A DNA stretch of 64,000 nt from Minisyncoccia bacterium (lineage in GTDB: Bacteria; Patescibacteriota; Minisyncoccia; Phycocordibacterales; UBA9973): NCBI GenBank assembly GCA_039809265.1, contig JBDHUR010000001.1, positions 5,914-69,913 on the forward strand, read 5' to 3'. The position numbers and the translations under genes were made by a program. Under the pieces are notes generated by a model. The model was not told the origin of the DNA, ran no database searches, and was given only the letters and a program-made list of their open reading frames with translations. Shown here in pieces: positions 36,757 to 46,515 of the stretch; position 1 is the first letter of the stretch; every line of letters starts with the position of its first letter.

Positions 36757-38310
36757 ATGTCCTTTGGCAGAGTATATAGTGCTCAGACCAACGCCCTGAA
36801 AGGAGCGATAGTCACCATAGAAGCAGACATTACTAAAAACTCGCTTCATGCTTTTACAGTTGTCGGCTTGCCGGACAAAGCAGTGGACGAATCCAAAGAT
36901 CGCGTTTCCGGCGCATTGAAAAATTCCGGTTTCACTTCTCCGAAAAGCCAAAACCAGAAAATAGTTGTCTCTCTTTCGCCAGCAGACCTAAAAAAGGAAG
37001 GCCCGTACTTTGACCTTGCCATTGCACTCGGCTATTTGCTTTCGCTTGGCGATATAGATTTTGATCCGGAAGGGAAACTTTTCTTGGGTGAGCTTTCATT
37101 AAACGGCGAAGTCAAAAGCATAAAAGGGACACTGCCATTGGTACGCGAAGCCCGTGCAAAAGGTTTCAACGAAATATTCGTACCGAGAGAAAATGCCGAA
37201 GAAGCAGCTCTGATAGACGGCGTAGAGATTTATGCTGTCTCAAACTTGAAAGAAATCATTGAGCATTTGGACAAAAGCAAAAAAGGTGCGGATAAAACAG
37301 AGAGGGTTTTGCTTTCCCCAGTGCCAGCTACAAATATAGAATATGCGGAGCAAGAAAACATTGTGGATTTTTCTGACATCCGCGGACAAGAAGGCGCGAA
37401 ACGCGGACTAGAGATAGCAGCCGCAGGCGGACACAACATAGTCATGTCTGGCCCTCCGGGCACCGGCAAGACCATGCTTGCAAAAGCTTTCTCTGGCATA
37501 CTGCCACGGCTGACACTAGAAGAAGTACTAGAGTCTACAGGCATATATTCTGTAGCAGGAGCAACAGGCGGCAATCTTGTCACCGCTGCGCCGTTTCGCT
37601 CGCCGCACCACACAGCGTCTTATGTTTCCATGATCGGCGGCGGAACATTCCCAAAACCAGGAGAGGTAACACTGGCGCACCACGGAGTACTTTTCCTAGA
37701 CGAATTTCCGGAATTCGAAAAAAGAGTGATAGAAAGTTTGCGCCAACCACTGGAAGACAAGATAGTCACAGTCTCCCGCGCAAAAGGCTCGGTAACATTT
37801 CCATCCAAGTTTATACTCGTAGCAGCCATGAACCCTTGTCCATGTGGCAACAGAGGCGCCTTATATAAAGAATGCATTTGTAGAGCAAATGACCTTGCCA
37901 GATACCAACGCAAAATATCTGGCCCGATAATAGACCGCGTGGACATTTGGACAAATGTAGGCGAAGTAGAATATGAAAAACTTTCTACAGACGAACGCGA
38001 AGGAGAAACTTCCGAACAAATAAAAAAGCGCGTAGCCAAAGCTCGTGCACTACAAAGTAAACGCTTCCGCCAGCATCCGCGCGGCATAACAACAAATACA
38101 GAAATGAATACCCGCGACCTTACCAGATACGTTCCTCTTTCCGAAGAAACAAAGAAACTTTTGAATACGACAGCAGAAAAACTTGGACTTTCTGCCCGAG
38201 CGTACCATCGCATCATAAAGCTTGCTCGCACCATTGCCGACCTGGCGGACAGCGAACAAGTAGAAACCTCGCACATCTTGGAAGCTCTGCAATACAGGCC
38301 AAAATCCTGA
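36757..38310 (+). CDS. comM: ComM / YifB Mg-chelatase-like AAA+ ATPase
   Basis: VVGLPD, SPADLKKEG, GPPGTGKT, PFRSPHH, LFLDEFPEF, MNPCPCG and ARTIADL motifs. Confidence 0.95.
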   Translation: MSFGRVYSAQTNALKGAIVTIEADITKNSLHAFTVVGLPDKAVDESKDRVSGALKNSGFTSPKSQNQKIVVSLSPADLKKEGPYFDLAIALGYLLSLGDIDFDPEGKLFLGELSLNGEVKSIKGTLPLVREARAKGFNEIFVPRENAEEAALIDGVEIYAVSNLKEIIEHLDKSKKGADKTERVLLSPVPATNIEYAEQENIVDFSDIRGQEGAKRGLEIAAAGGHNIVMSGPPGTGKTMLAKAFSGILPRLTLEEVLESTGIYSVAGATGGNLVTAAPFRSPHHTASYVSMIGGGTFPKPGEVTLAHHGVLFLDEFPEFEKRVIESLRQPLEDKIVTVSRAKGSVTFPSKFILVAAMNPCPCGNRGALYKECICRANDLARYQRKISGPIIDRVDIWTNVGEVEYEKLSTDEREGETSEQIKKRVAKARALQSKRFRQHPRGITTNTEMNTRDLTRYVPLSEETKKLLNTTAEKLGLSARAYHRIIKLARTIADLADSEQVETSHILEALQYRPKS

Positions 38311-38344
38311 GAGACAATAATAATGTAAAGTGGGCAGAAAAATC

Positions 38345-39556
38345 TTATCTCTCCCACACGCCTTTTGTTGCGCCTGGGTTTTTCGCGCCGCGAACTTCAA
38401 AGTGGACATGCGGGCCGGTGGAGCGTCCGGTGGAGCCGACATATCCTATCACTTCTCCCTGGGCTACAGTTGCACCAACTTCGGCTGCTACCCGAGACAT
38501 GTGTGCATACAAAGTCTGTGTGCCGTTTGCGTGCTTTATCACTACATATTTGCCATACCCTCCGTTGTATCCGTCTCCGTCTGCAATGTAAACAGTGCCG
38601 GCAGCAGAAGCCACGATCGGTGTACCGATAGGTGCGGCAAGGTCTATAGCATATTTGTCGTGCAAACCTTGTGACTTCACTCCGCCAACTATAGGGCGGA
38701 TGTAGTACCCGCTTGTTTCTGGCAAGCTAGACTGAGTAGAAGTAGAAACCGCCAGAGATTTTGCCTTGTTGGCAGCGGGCTTAGCTTCAGGCTTTTTCTC
38801 TACAACTGGCGCTGGCACAGAACCGTTGGGCACAATGACAGTAGAGCCGACCTCTAGTACAGTGCCTTCTGTTATGCCGTTGAAAGAAGCAATGTCTGAA
38901 ATATCTGCACCGTATTTTGCGGCAATTTTTTTCAAAGTATCAGACTTTGTTATGGTGTGCTCCACGCCGGACACCGGAAGTATGGTCAGCACTGTGCCTT
39001 CGGATATAGCTTGCCCCGCAACAAGGTCGTTCGCCCAGCGTATAGTGTTCGTGCTTACACCAAACATTTTTGCAATAGAAGAAATGGTGTCGCCAGACTT
39101 CACGACATATAGGCTTATCTGGTCTGTATCCGGATTTACAGCTACATCTGCCACGGTAATAGAAGGACCAGTTTCCGGCACAAGCGCAAGGCCGTCCTCA
39201 GAAACTCCGTCTGTAGCATCTACGTCAGACTGGTCTACTGCGGCAGATGCTTCCAGCAAAGCTATGGTCTGAGAATTTGGCAGATTTTTCGCCGACACAC
39301 CTTCAGCTTCAGCCTTTTCGCCTATTATTGCAGACAAAAAGCTGGCTTGAGAGACCATTGGAGGGAAGACGAGGGCAATACCGGCAAGCAACAAGAAAGA
39401 CGCTTGGAGATATACACCCTTGTAAAATAAAGCTTTTTTCGTCTGTTGCCCATTTGAACCTACTCGTTCGGGACCGTCAGAGTCTTGTGTGTTGTTGAAA
39501 TTCACGATTTTTAAAGGATTTTCTGCCGATTTCCGTAAAAAACCTATATTTTGCAA
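38345..39556 (-). CDS. LysM x2 plus M23 peptidase (peptidoglycan endopeptidase)
   Basis: Two LysM domains (YVVKSGDTISSIA; HTITKSDTLKKIA), HDKYAID, YAHM and STGPHVHFE. Start uncertain. Confidence 0.92.
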   Translation of the reverse strand: MQNIGFLRKSAENPLKIVNFNNTQDSDGPERVGSNGQQTKKALFYKGVYLQASFLLLAGIALVFPPMVSQASFLSAIIGEKAEAEGVSAKNLPNSQTIALLEASAAVDQSDVDATDGVSEDGLALVPETGPSITVADVAVNPDTDQISLYVVKSGDTISSIAKMFGVSTNTIRWANDLVAGQAISEGTVLTILPVSGVEHTITKSDTLKKIAAKYGADISDIASFNGITEGTVLEVGSTVIVPNGSVPAPVVEKKPEAKPAANKAKSLAVSTSTQSSLPETSGYYIRPIVGGVKSQGLHDKYAIDLAAPIGTPIVASAAGTVYIADGDGYNGGYGKYVVIKHANGTQTLYAHMSRVAAEVGATVAQGEVIGYVGSTGRSTGPHVHFEVRGAKNPGATKGVWER

Positions 39557-39687
39557 GGTTTTCCAGAAATATCTATCATTTCAAGCGGTACATTAAATGG
39601 TAGCAGATGAGAAATGTAAGTCAACCAAACTGTGGATAACTCAACAATTGGCGAATTTGTCAAAAAATCGTATAATTTACAGAAGAT

Positions 39688-41625
39688 ATGGCTGTAAACC
39701 CAGAAAAATTTGATTCGTATCACAAATACAAAAAAGCAAAAGACAAATCCGAGTCGATGGAACTGGACGAAAAAATAAAAAAACCTTTCAATAAAATGAT
39801 TAAGGTTCTATGGCAAGATGCGGTGGAAAGCAAGCATATTGACCCTACTAAGATAACTAAAGAACACAAAATGAACCCAGAAAATACATGGCGAAGACTG
39901 ACAAAAAACGACAAATTTGTATTTGCTGGCGCGCCAGCAGAGATTATAAATTTGAACAAAACAAAGGGTGAAGTTAGGCTAAAAACTCGCATCGGGGAAA
40001 AGACTTATAAAAAGAGAGATTTCATAGAGTTACTAAGGGGTGAGGAAATTCAAACTCAAGCCGAAAACCTGGAGACAAACAAGAAAACAACTGAAAAGAT
40101 TGCCCAATATATAAAATTCAACGGCATAGACAGAGTAGTTGTTCATGGTGAGCCTAGATACACAGAGAACCCAGACACCGGAGAAGGAGAACCCGTAAAG
40201 AGTGCTGAGCTGGACTTTGACACAGAAGTTGCTCTTTATTTCTTGAACTACAATCAAGACTTTACTTCAAGCGACACTGTATACAATACTGGGGCAAGCA
40301 CGGAGTTTGTCATGAAAGGCGAAAAATCATCTTTTACAAATTCTGAGATGGCTAAAAACGGCAAGGAAAGAAAAACACCGCTTAAAAAAGGCGCTCTTGT
40401 TTTACACATTGATACCGGTGAAAACAACCTTTCCATAGAAAAAGCCGGACAAGCAGTTGCGGCTTACGCAGACCATCACAAAGAGATCGACAATATAAGG
40501 ACATCTGCCGCTGAAATGGTCTTCAACATAATGACGGAAGCAGAAGCATATAAACCAGAGCCGTGGATGAGGCAGGTTGTGAGATTTGTAAATGAAGTAG
40601 ACAATCTATCATATGCGGACAAGAAAAATTTTACTCCTGGATATTTCCAAGAAATATGGCCAAAGACGCTATATGCGCTTCACAAATTCCTGCCGTACAA
40701 ACAAGTTATAAACTGGATAAGAGAGGGCCGAAACCCGGAAAATCCCTTCACCGAAACAGAACTTGATACTCTAACCGTAGAAACCAACGCAACAATAAAA
40801 AACAAAGAAACGGGTAAATACGAAAAGAAGCAGATACCATTGCGCGAGCTTGTAAATGTACGTGGCAAGCATGCTTTTGATTCCATGAAATATTTGAACG
40901 CTGCCACAAGGAACATGGGTGCCCAACACATAAAACAAGAAAGCAAAGAACTTGGTAGGGTTGCATTTGCAACTATGGACAGTGAAGTGGACATAAGAGG
41001 CAACAAAATATCTGGAACGTATCTCAAAGAAGGATACTTGGCGGCAAAAGCCAAAGGGTATGATACTTACGTATCATACAGCCAGAGCAACGACAGATTT
41101 TTCATAAACTCGACAAACAAGGACTTGCGTCCAATAATAAAAGAGGTAAAGAAAATTGTACCGAACGCAAAGCTGATACGAGGGGTTATGATACTGCCGG
41201 GAAAAGATGGCAACGGTGGCAAACTCACAAAAGAAAAGCTTTTAGAAATCTGCGGCCTGATGGATAAAGACACAATGTTATATAAGTATGACCCAAAACC
41301 TAAAATCTTGAGTCCTAAAGCGCAAGCATTTCAAAAAGAGAAGGAGAGAACAAGCCTCGAGAGAGAGATTGCGGACTTGGAAAAAAGAATAAAAGAGAAA
41401 ATGAAGAATATAAAAATTCTGCAGGAAGGCTTGGAGATAAACAAAGCTTATAACGAGGTCCTGGATGAAGAAATAAAAGAAATAGATACAAACAAGCGGG
41501 AAAAAGCGCGCGTTGAAGAAAATGAGGCGATAAAAGAAACTTTGTCCAGAGCTAGGAAGTTACTAAACACAAAAGGAGTAAAGCCAGACGAAGCGCTTAC
41601 CATAAGACCAAGGGAGGAAAAATAA
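39688..41625 (+). CDS. Large hypothetical protein with DHH-like motifs and C-terminal coiled coil
   Basis: VVHG..DFD, HIDTG, ADHH and TSAA occur in DHH-superfamily order. Confidence 0.55.
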   Translation: MAVNPEKFDSYHKYKKAKDKSESMELDEKIKKPFNKMIKVLWQDAVESKHIDPTKITKEHKMNPENTWRRLTKNDKFVFAGAPAEIINLNKTKGEVRLKTRIGEKTYKKRDFIELLRGEEIQTQAENLETNKKTTEKIAQYIKFNGIDRVVVHGEPRYTENPDTGEGEPVKSAELDFDTEVALYFLNYNQDFTSSDTVYNTGASTEFVMKGEKSSFTNSEMAKNGKERKTPLKKGALVLHIDTGENNLSIEKAGQAVAAYADHHKEIDNIRTSAAEMVFNIMTEAEAYKPEPWMRQVVRFVNEVDNLSYADKKNFTPGYFQEIWPKTLYALHKFLPYKQVINWIREGRNPENPFTETELDTLTVETNATIKNKETGKYEKKQIPLRELVNVRGKHAFDSMKYLNAATRNMGAQHIKQESKELGRVAFATMDSEVDIRGNKISGTYLKEGYLAAKAKGYDTYVSYSQSNDRFFINSTNKDLRPIIKEVKKIVPNAKLIRGVMILPGKDGNGGKLTKEKLLEICGLMDKDTMLYKYDPKPKILSPKAQAFQKEKERTSLEREIADLEKRIKEKMKNIKILQEGLEINKAYNEVLDEEIKEIDTNKREKARVEENEAIKETLSRARKLLNTKGVKPDEALTIRPREEK

Positions 41626-41666
41626 TCAACACCTTATTTTGCAGATTTTAAGTATAATACAATTAT

Positions 41667-44600
41667 ATGTCATCACCTGAAAACGAGAAAAACATTATAC
41701 AGAAATCATTAAACAAAACCAGTGAGCAGCTCGATACGGAAAAGAAAGAGCTGGAAAAACTGGCCAGGGAACTTGAAGAAAAGAAAAAATTGTTTGAGAA
41801 AAATCACGGATTATTCTCTCAAGAAGAATTCGACAAATTTGTTGATAGTGGTGAAGTTTCCCAGGAAAAACTTGAGCTTCTAGCAGATAAGATAAAAAAC
41901 CGTGAATCGCTTAGCGACTTTGAAAAAGCCATACACGCCGGCGAATACACTGGGGCTGAAATAGCACAGATAATCCAGCATAAATACCCTTCGCCCGAAC
42001 AAAAGAAGAATCTCAAAAAGAAAACACGCGAGAATACCAAGAAGCTGGCAGAAGAAGAGGGAGGGGCGCAGAAGGAACAGGCAGAAAAAAACGGCAAAAA
42101 AGTACAAGAAGACGAGAATAAGAAAGAATCTGAAAAAAAGAACAAGGGAAACAAAGACAGAGAGCTTACCGAGCAAAAAGAGAAAAACGACATAGCGCAA
42201 GAATTCCGCAAAAGCTTTGGCTTTGATCCGAATGAAAACTTGGAAAGCTTTAAGGATTTGGAGCCTGGGGCACAACGCTTGGCATACAAGAGCTTACAAA
42301 ATGTGCAGGCAAGCATGGTACCAAAACTTGCAGAAGAAATATATGAGACCAAGCAAAAAAGTTTCTTAAACTATTTCCGCAAAAGCGCTTTAATAGAAGG
42401 CAACAAAAAGGAAGCTGCCGAACAGTTGTCAAAGGCTGGATACAGCAAATATGAAAAATATCTGAAGCAGATAGTTGGCGGAATAAAGAACACGGGACTT
42501 GAAGGCGTAGCAGACGGCGCCGTCGGCATCCGCATGGAGTACGCGCACGGATTGGAAAATCTGACAGAAGAAGAGAAAAAGGAGCTTGTTTACTTCAACA
42601 GAGCTGCGACAAAGTTTGGAGACATTCCTCGCGAATGGGCATTTGACGATGCAAACAAAGTAGAGAAATTTCTCGCCGGCGAATTTTCTTCCAGAAACAA
42701 CAAGCAAATGTACCAAGAAGCAAAGGAAGCTTACGAAAGAGAAAAGGAAGGCTTGGCCAAAATAGTTTTAGAAAAATTTGGCGGAGATGAAGAACGCGCT
42801 ACAAACTACTTGCGGATGATAGATGCAAACGTGGAGTTCAGCCAGCGTGTTGCCAGCGACCCAAATGCAATGGCAGCACTTGGTGCACTAAGTGCACAAG
42901 GCAATGCAATCAGCAAAAAGTCAGCCATGAGTGCTGCTTCATTTGGAATTGGCTACCTCATGCGTGGCGGAGCAGCCACAGCTGGACTTGCGAACTACGC
43001 AGGACTTGCGGTTGCCCCAGTGCTTGGAGCTTTGCGCGGGTTGTACAAAGGCAGACAGAATATACGTGAAGCAGAGAGGAATGTCCGCACAGGTGAAGAG
43101 TTGAAAGAATCCCAAAAAACAAAGTTTAACACTTTGACCGGCAAGGCAAAAGAGGAAGCTCTAAAAAGAGAGCTGGTGGAAAAAATGCGCGCGACATACA
43201 GGAAAACAGAGGAAACAAAAACTTCAGCAAAAGGCAAAGAGATGCAAGTGGGTCTCCGTCAAAAGCTGGAGAATGCTTTGGACTCGCTGGAGTCAGCCCA
43301 AGGACAGCTAGAAAAAATAGATGCAGAAATAGCAAATGAAAAAGATGCTGTAAGGCTAAATGAGCTACATTTAAACCGCGAGAAAGTAGCTTCTGTGGTA
43401 GAAATGCGCCAGACATTTGTGAACAACCGCTTGGTGCAAGTGCAAAAGCTTCTGGACAGTGGCGACCTAGACTTCGGCATGAAGAGCGAGCGCTTTGCCA
43501 ACGAATACGCCATGCGCGATGTGCTAAACAAAGCCTACGCTGTGGCAATATCCGCACCGCTTGGAGAGAACAATAAAAATTTGAATGCCTTTTATAAAAA
43601 GTTTAATGTATTTTTTGCCGAGCAGCTGGAAGCTGAGCAGGGTATAGCAGCTAGAAAAACAGAAAATGTAAAAGCTGTAAAAGACGCGATGATCCGCCAT
43701 GCTGTAGTAAAAGGTGCTGTGATGAGTTTCATCTTTGCCGGACTTGGCTTTGAAGTACGAGACTTGTACAACAACTCTGAACTTCACAACAAAGTTTCTG
43801 AATTCTTTGGCAGATGGAAAGCGGACAACCTTGAGGCAAACTCTGCGCCAATAAAAGCTGAAGTTGGCGCGGATGATGAAGCCACAGAAAAAGTCCGCGA
43901 GATGGGCAAGAGGTGGGTAGACCTAGACCAATACAAACCAAAGTCACCACTTTCGCATGGAGACATATCAAAAGGTGTAACTGTTGGGCACGAACACTTG
44001 GAACAAGCAACAGAGAAAATAGAAAACATCCGCGGTATCAGCCAAGACTTTGCAGTGACTTTGGGCAAGAACGGCGTGCCAGCCCAACTTGAACGCGTCT
44101 TCCATGAAATATCTTTGGATCACATGGAAGTGCCAAACAATGCCCTGAACGAAGAAGTCGGCGCCAAAAGCCTGAACATGGCAGCAAACCTTGTGCGTTT
44201 GTCTGAGGGACACAACGTACTCGGCGCAAGCACCGAATCTTTCAAAAACTCTTTCTCTTACGACAAAGGGATCGGTACTTTGAAGATAATAAACCACGAA
44301 AAATTCAACAACCTTTTGGATGTACTAAAAACACACTCTGACAAGCTTTGGGACAACGGCACTTTGCAAAAAGGCGCAGCAGGCGAACTTTCAAATATAA
44401 AAACAGAAACTTGGCTCAAGATAGCCCACGCAGACGACCTAGACAAAGCACTTGGGGGAGATGGGCAGGAAGTTGTGACAGGAATACACGGCCACGATGA
44501 AATAACAGAGAAAGATATTACTGATTTCCATAAAAGTGCGATAGTAGAAAAAACTCGTGCCCTGAGAGAAAAACTTGCCGGCAAGCTGGCAGAACATGTA

Positions 44601-45284
44601 GACAAAGCAGCAGATGTTACAACAAACACAAAGACAGAATTTGGCATAGATCCAGATACTAGACAGCAAAGCTGGTGGGATGGCAACGAGGTCAGCAGCA
44701 CATCTGCAACAGAAGACACAATAAATACAGCACCGAGCCAAGATTTGGGTATAGACCCTGACTCCAAACAACAAAGCTGGTATGGCGGAAATGAAGAAAC
44801 CCAAACTCCAAGCGTACCCGCAGAAAGTCCAAAGATAGAAGAAGTTACGGGAGGCAATAGCAGACACGAGGTGATACCAGAAAAAACAAATACTGCAGAA
44901 GAATATAGTAACGAAGTAGCGGAGAAAGCAGTAAAGATACCTGTGGAAACACAAAACCACAGTATACTTTCAAATATCACAGGCAAGGAAGACCTGAGCG
45001 ATAGCCGTTTGTGGCAGCGAGCACATGACATGCCTGTAGCAGATATATTCAAACAAACAGAAACATATATACGAGATGAGGCAAGTGACCGTTCCTACAA
45101 GAAACTTTGGGCATACACGCAGATGCTAAACAGATCAAGCGGGGTTTCTATTTTGAAGAATGAAACCTTGGAAGACTATTTGTCACGCGCCGGAAAAGTT
45201 TTCACGGAAAGAAACCCTGGCAAGTCCCTAGACTACGTCTACGAACTTTCGCAGAAATACTTGATAGAAGTGGAAACAAAGTAG
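41667..45284 (+). CDS. Large coiled-coil protein with central hydrophobic Gly/Ala segments (1205 aa)
   Basis: Lys/Glu-rich N-terminus, hydrophobic hairpin (ASFGIGYLMRGGA..APVLGALRG), a further TM-like helix and an internal GIDPD..QQSW..GNE repeat. Confidence 0.75.
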   Translation: MSSPENEKNIIQKSLNKTSEQLDTEKKELEKLARELEEKKKLFEKNHGLFSQEEFDKFVDSGEVSQEKLELLADKIKNRESLSDFEKAIHAGEYTGAEIAQIIQHKYPSPEQKKNLKKKTRENTKKLAEEEGGAQKEQAEKNGKKVQEDENKKESEKKNKGNKDRELTEQKEKNDIAQEFRKSFGFDPNENLESFKDLEPGAQRLAYKSLQNVQASMVPKLAEEIYETKQKSFLNYFRKSALIEGNKKEAAEQLSKAGYSKYEKYLKQIVGGIKNTGLEGVADGAVGIRMEYAHGLENLTEEEKKELVYFNRAATKFGDIPREWAFDDANKVEKFLAGEFSSRNNKQMYQEAKEAYEREKEGLAKIVLEKFGGDEERATNYLRMIDANVEFSQRVASDPNAMAALGALSAQGNAISKKSAMSAASFGIGYLMRGGAATAGLANYAGLAVAPVLGALRGLYKGRQNIREAERNVRTGEELKESQKTKFNTLTGKAKEEALKRELVEKMRATYRKTEETKTSAKGKEMQVGLRQKLENALDSLESAQGQLEKIDAEIANEKDAVRLNELHLNREKVASVVEMRQTFVNNRLVQVQKLLDSGDLDFGMKSERFANEYAMRDVLNKAYAVAISAPLGENNKNLNAFYKKFNVFFAEQLEAEQGIAARKTENVKAVKDAMIRHAVVKGAVMSFIFAGLGFEVRDLYNNSELHNKVSEFFGRWKADNLEANSAPIKAEVGADDEATEKVREMGKRWVDLDQYKPKSPLSHGDISKGVTVGHEHLEQATEKIENIRGISQDFAVTLGKNGVPAQLERVFHEISLDHMEVPNNALNEEVGAKSLNMAANLVRLSEGHNVLGASTESFKNSFSYDKGIGTLKIINHEKFNNLLDVLKTHSDKLWDNGTLQKGAAGELSNIKTETWLKIAHADDLDKALGGDGQEVVTGIHGHDEITEKDITDFHKSAIVEKTRALREKLAGKLAEHVDKAADVTTNTKTEFGIDPDTRQQSWWDGNEVSSTSATEDTINTAPSQDLGIDPDSKQQSWYGGNEETQTPSVPAESPKIEEVTGGNSRHEVIPEKTNTAEEYSNEVAEKAVKIPVETQNHSILSNITGKEDLSDSRLWQRAHDMPVADIFKQTETYIRDEASDRSYKKLWAYTQMLNRSSGVSILKNETLEDYLSRAGKVFTERNPGKSLDYVYELSQKYLIEVETK

Positions 45285-45355
45285 TTAATAAGAAAACCAG
45301 AGCAAAGAAAAAATTCCCCAACAATAGCTGGGGAATTTAATTTTAAAAGAACATT

Positions 45356-46390
45356 TCAATACATACCTTTGGCAAGGGAGTCAGCTCTGGTTAAATGCAA
45401 CCTTGGCACATAAGTACCATTTGGTATATCAACCACAACTTCGCTCGTGTTAACCACATGCAACACGTCTCCGGTCTCACCAAAAGTAACATTTGTCTTG
45501 AAGTTGTTCTTGTCCGCAAGTTGCTCTTTGGCATTTGCGACAGGTTTCAAGATGATGCCTCTAATACTTCTATCGGCATCATTTTCAATGACATCCAGAC
45601 CTACTTCTACAAGCTTCGCTTCCGCTTTCCTTTTCCCATTTCCTTTGCCTGGGGCAGGTTTTGGTTTCAGTGTATCTTCTGCCGCAGGGCAGGGCGCAGG
45701 CAAGAATACTGTGTCAGACTTTGTCTCCAATGACTTCGGGATATATTCCTTGAAATCTTTCACAAAGTAGTTGCCGCAATGGTCGGGCTGATCAGAAACA
45801 ACCAGCTCTACCTGCTTGTCTTCGTGTTCATACATCTTGTTGATGTTCTCCCATAAAGCAGTACCGTTATAATCTTCGGCTATTGCAAGCAAAGAAGTGT
45901 CCTTGCTTATTTCGCCATCGTTTAAACGGAAAGCTTTCACACTTCTCTTTTCTACTATAGAAGTAGCAAGTACGAAATGTAAGTCAACAGGCGCAACTTT
46001 AGTATAAACCTTACAAGGTTTCACAGTATTACAGCCAACAGGCTCACAACCTTGAAACTTGTAAAGAAGTAAAAAAAAGAATAGAGCCAAAAGTAACCAA
46101 AGATACCAAGGTAAGGAAGTTTTCTTGTTATGAAACTCTATCTCCTTGCGACTGTAAACTTCTTGGTTTTGTTGTACTGAGTGAGTCACCGCAGACTGAT
46201 TTGCCATTATATCATCCAGTTTTTTGTGAAGCTCTTTGTTGTCTTCCTGCTGTTTAGAAAACACGTTTTTCATGTTTTCACAGCATTCTTTGATCAGATT
46301 CAGCAATTCTTCAAGCTTTGACAGAACTGCGCGCTGCGATGCAGCAGTTTTTCTGGTTTTTTGGGCACCACCCTTTGTTGTATCACTCAT
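45356..46390 (-). CDS. Orphan bitopic membrane protein (344 aa)
   Basis: Coiled-coil N-terminus, WYLWLLLALFFFLLL TM helix and a Cys-containing outer part; own TTGACA-17bp-TAGGAT promoter. Confidence 0.75.
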   Translation of the reverse strand: MSDTTKGGAQKTRKTAASQRAVLSKLEELLNLIKECCENMKNVFSKQQEDNKELHKKLDDIMANQSAVTHSVQQNQEVYSRKEIEFHNKKTSLPWYLWLLLALFFFLLLYKFQGCEPVGCNTVKPCKVYTKVAPVDLHFVLATSIVEKRSVKAFRLNDGEISKDTSLLAIAEDYNGTALWENINKMYEHEDKQVELVVSDQPDHCGNYFVKDFKEYIPKSLETKSDTVFLPAPCPAAEDTLKPKPAPGKGNGKRKAEAKLVEVGLDVIENDADRSIRGIILKPVANAKEQLADKNNFKTNVTFGETGDVLHVVNTSEVVVDIPNGTYVPRLHLTRADSLAKGMY

Positions 46391-46515
46391 TTTTTATTAT
46401 TTTGTAATAGTTTTTGTTCCCCTATATCCTATCATATTATATGGTTTTTGTCAATATGCTGGAAGTTTAGAAAAAGAAGAAATATAAGGCTAAATTTATG
46501 CTATTATACAAACAC

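Noticed and set aside
39631-39639. Isolated perfect DnaA box TGTGGATAA as an origin
   Set aside because: It is a single box in a divergent promoter region; possibly regulatory but not a cluster.
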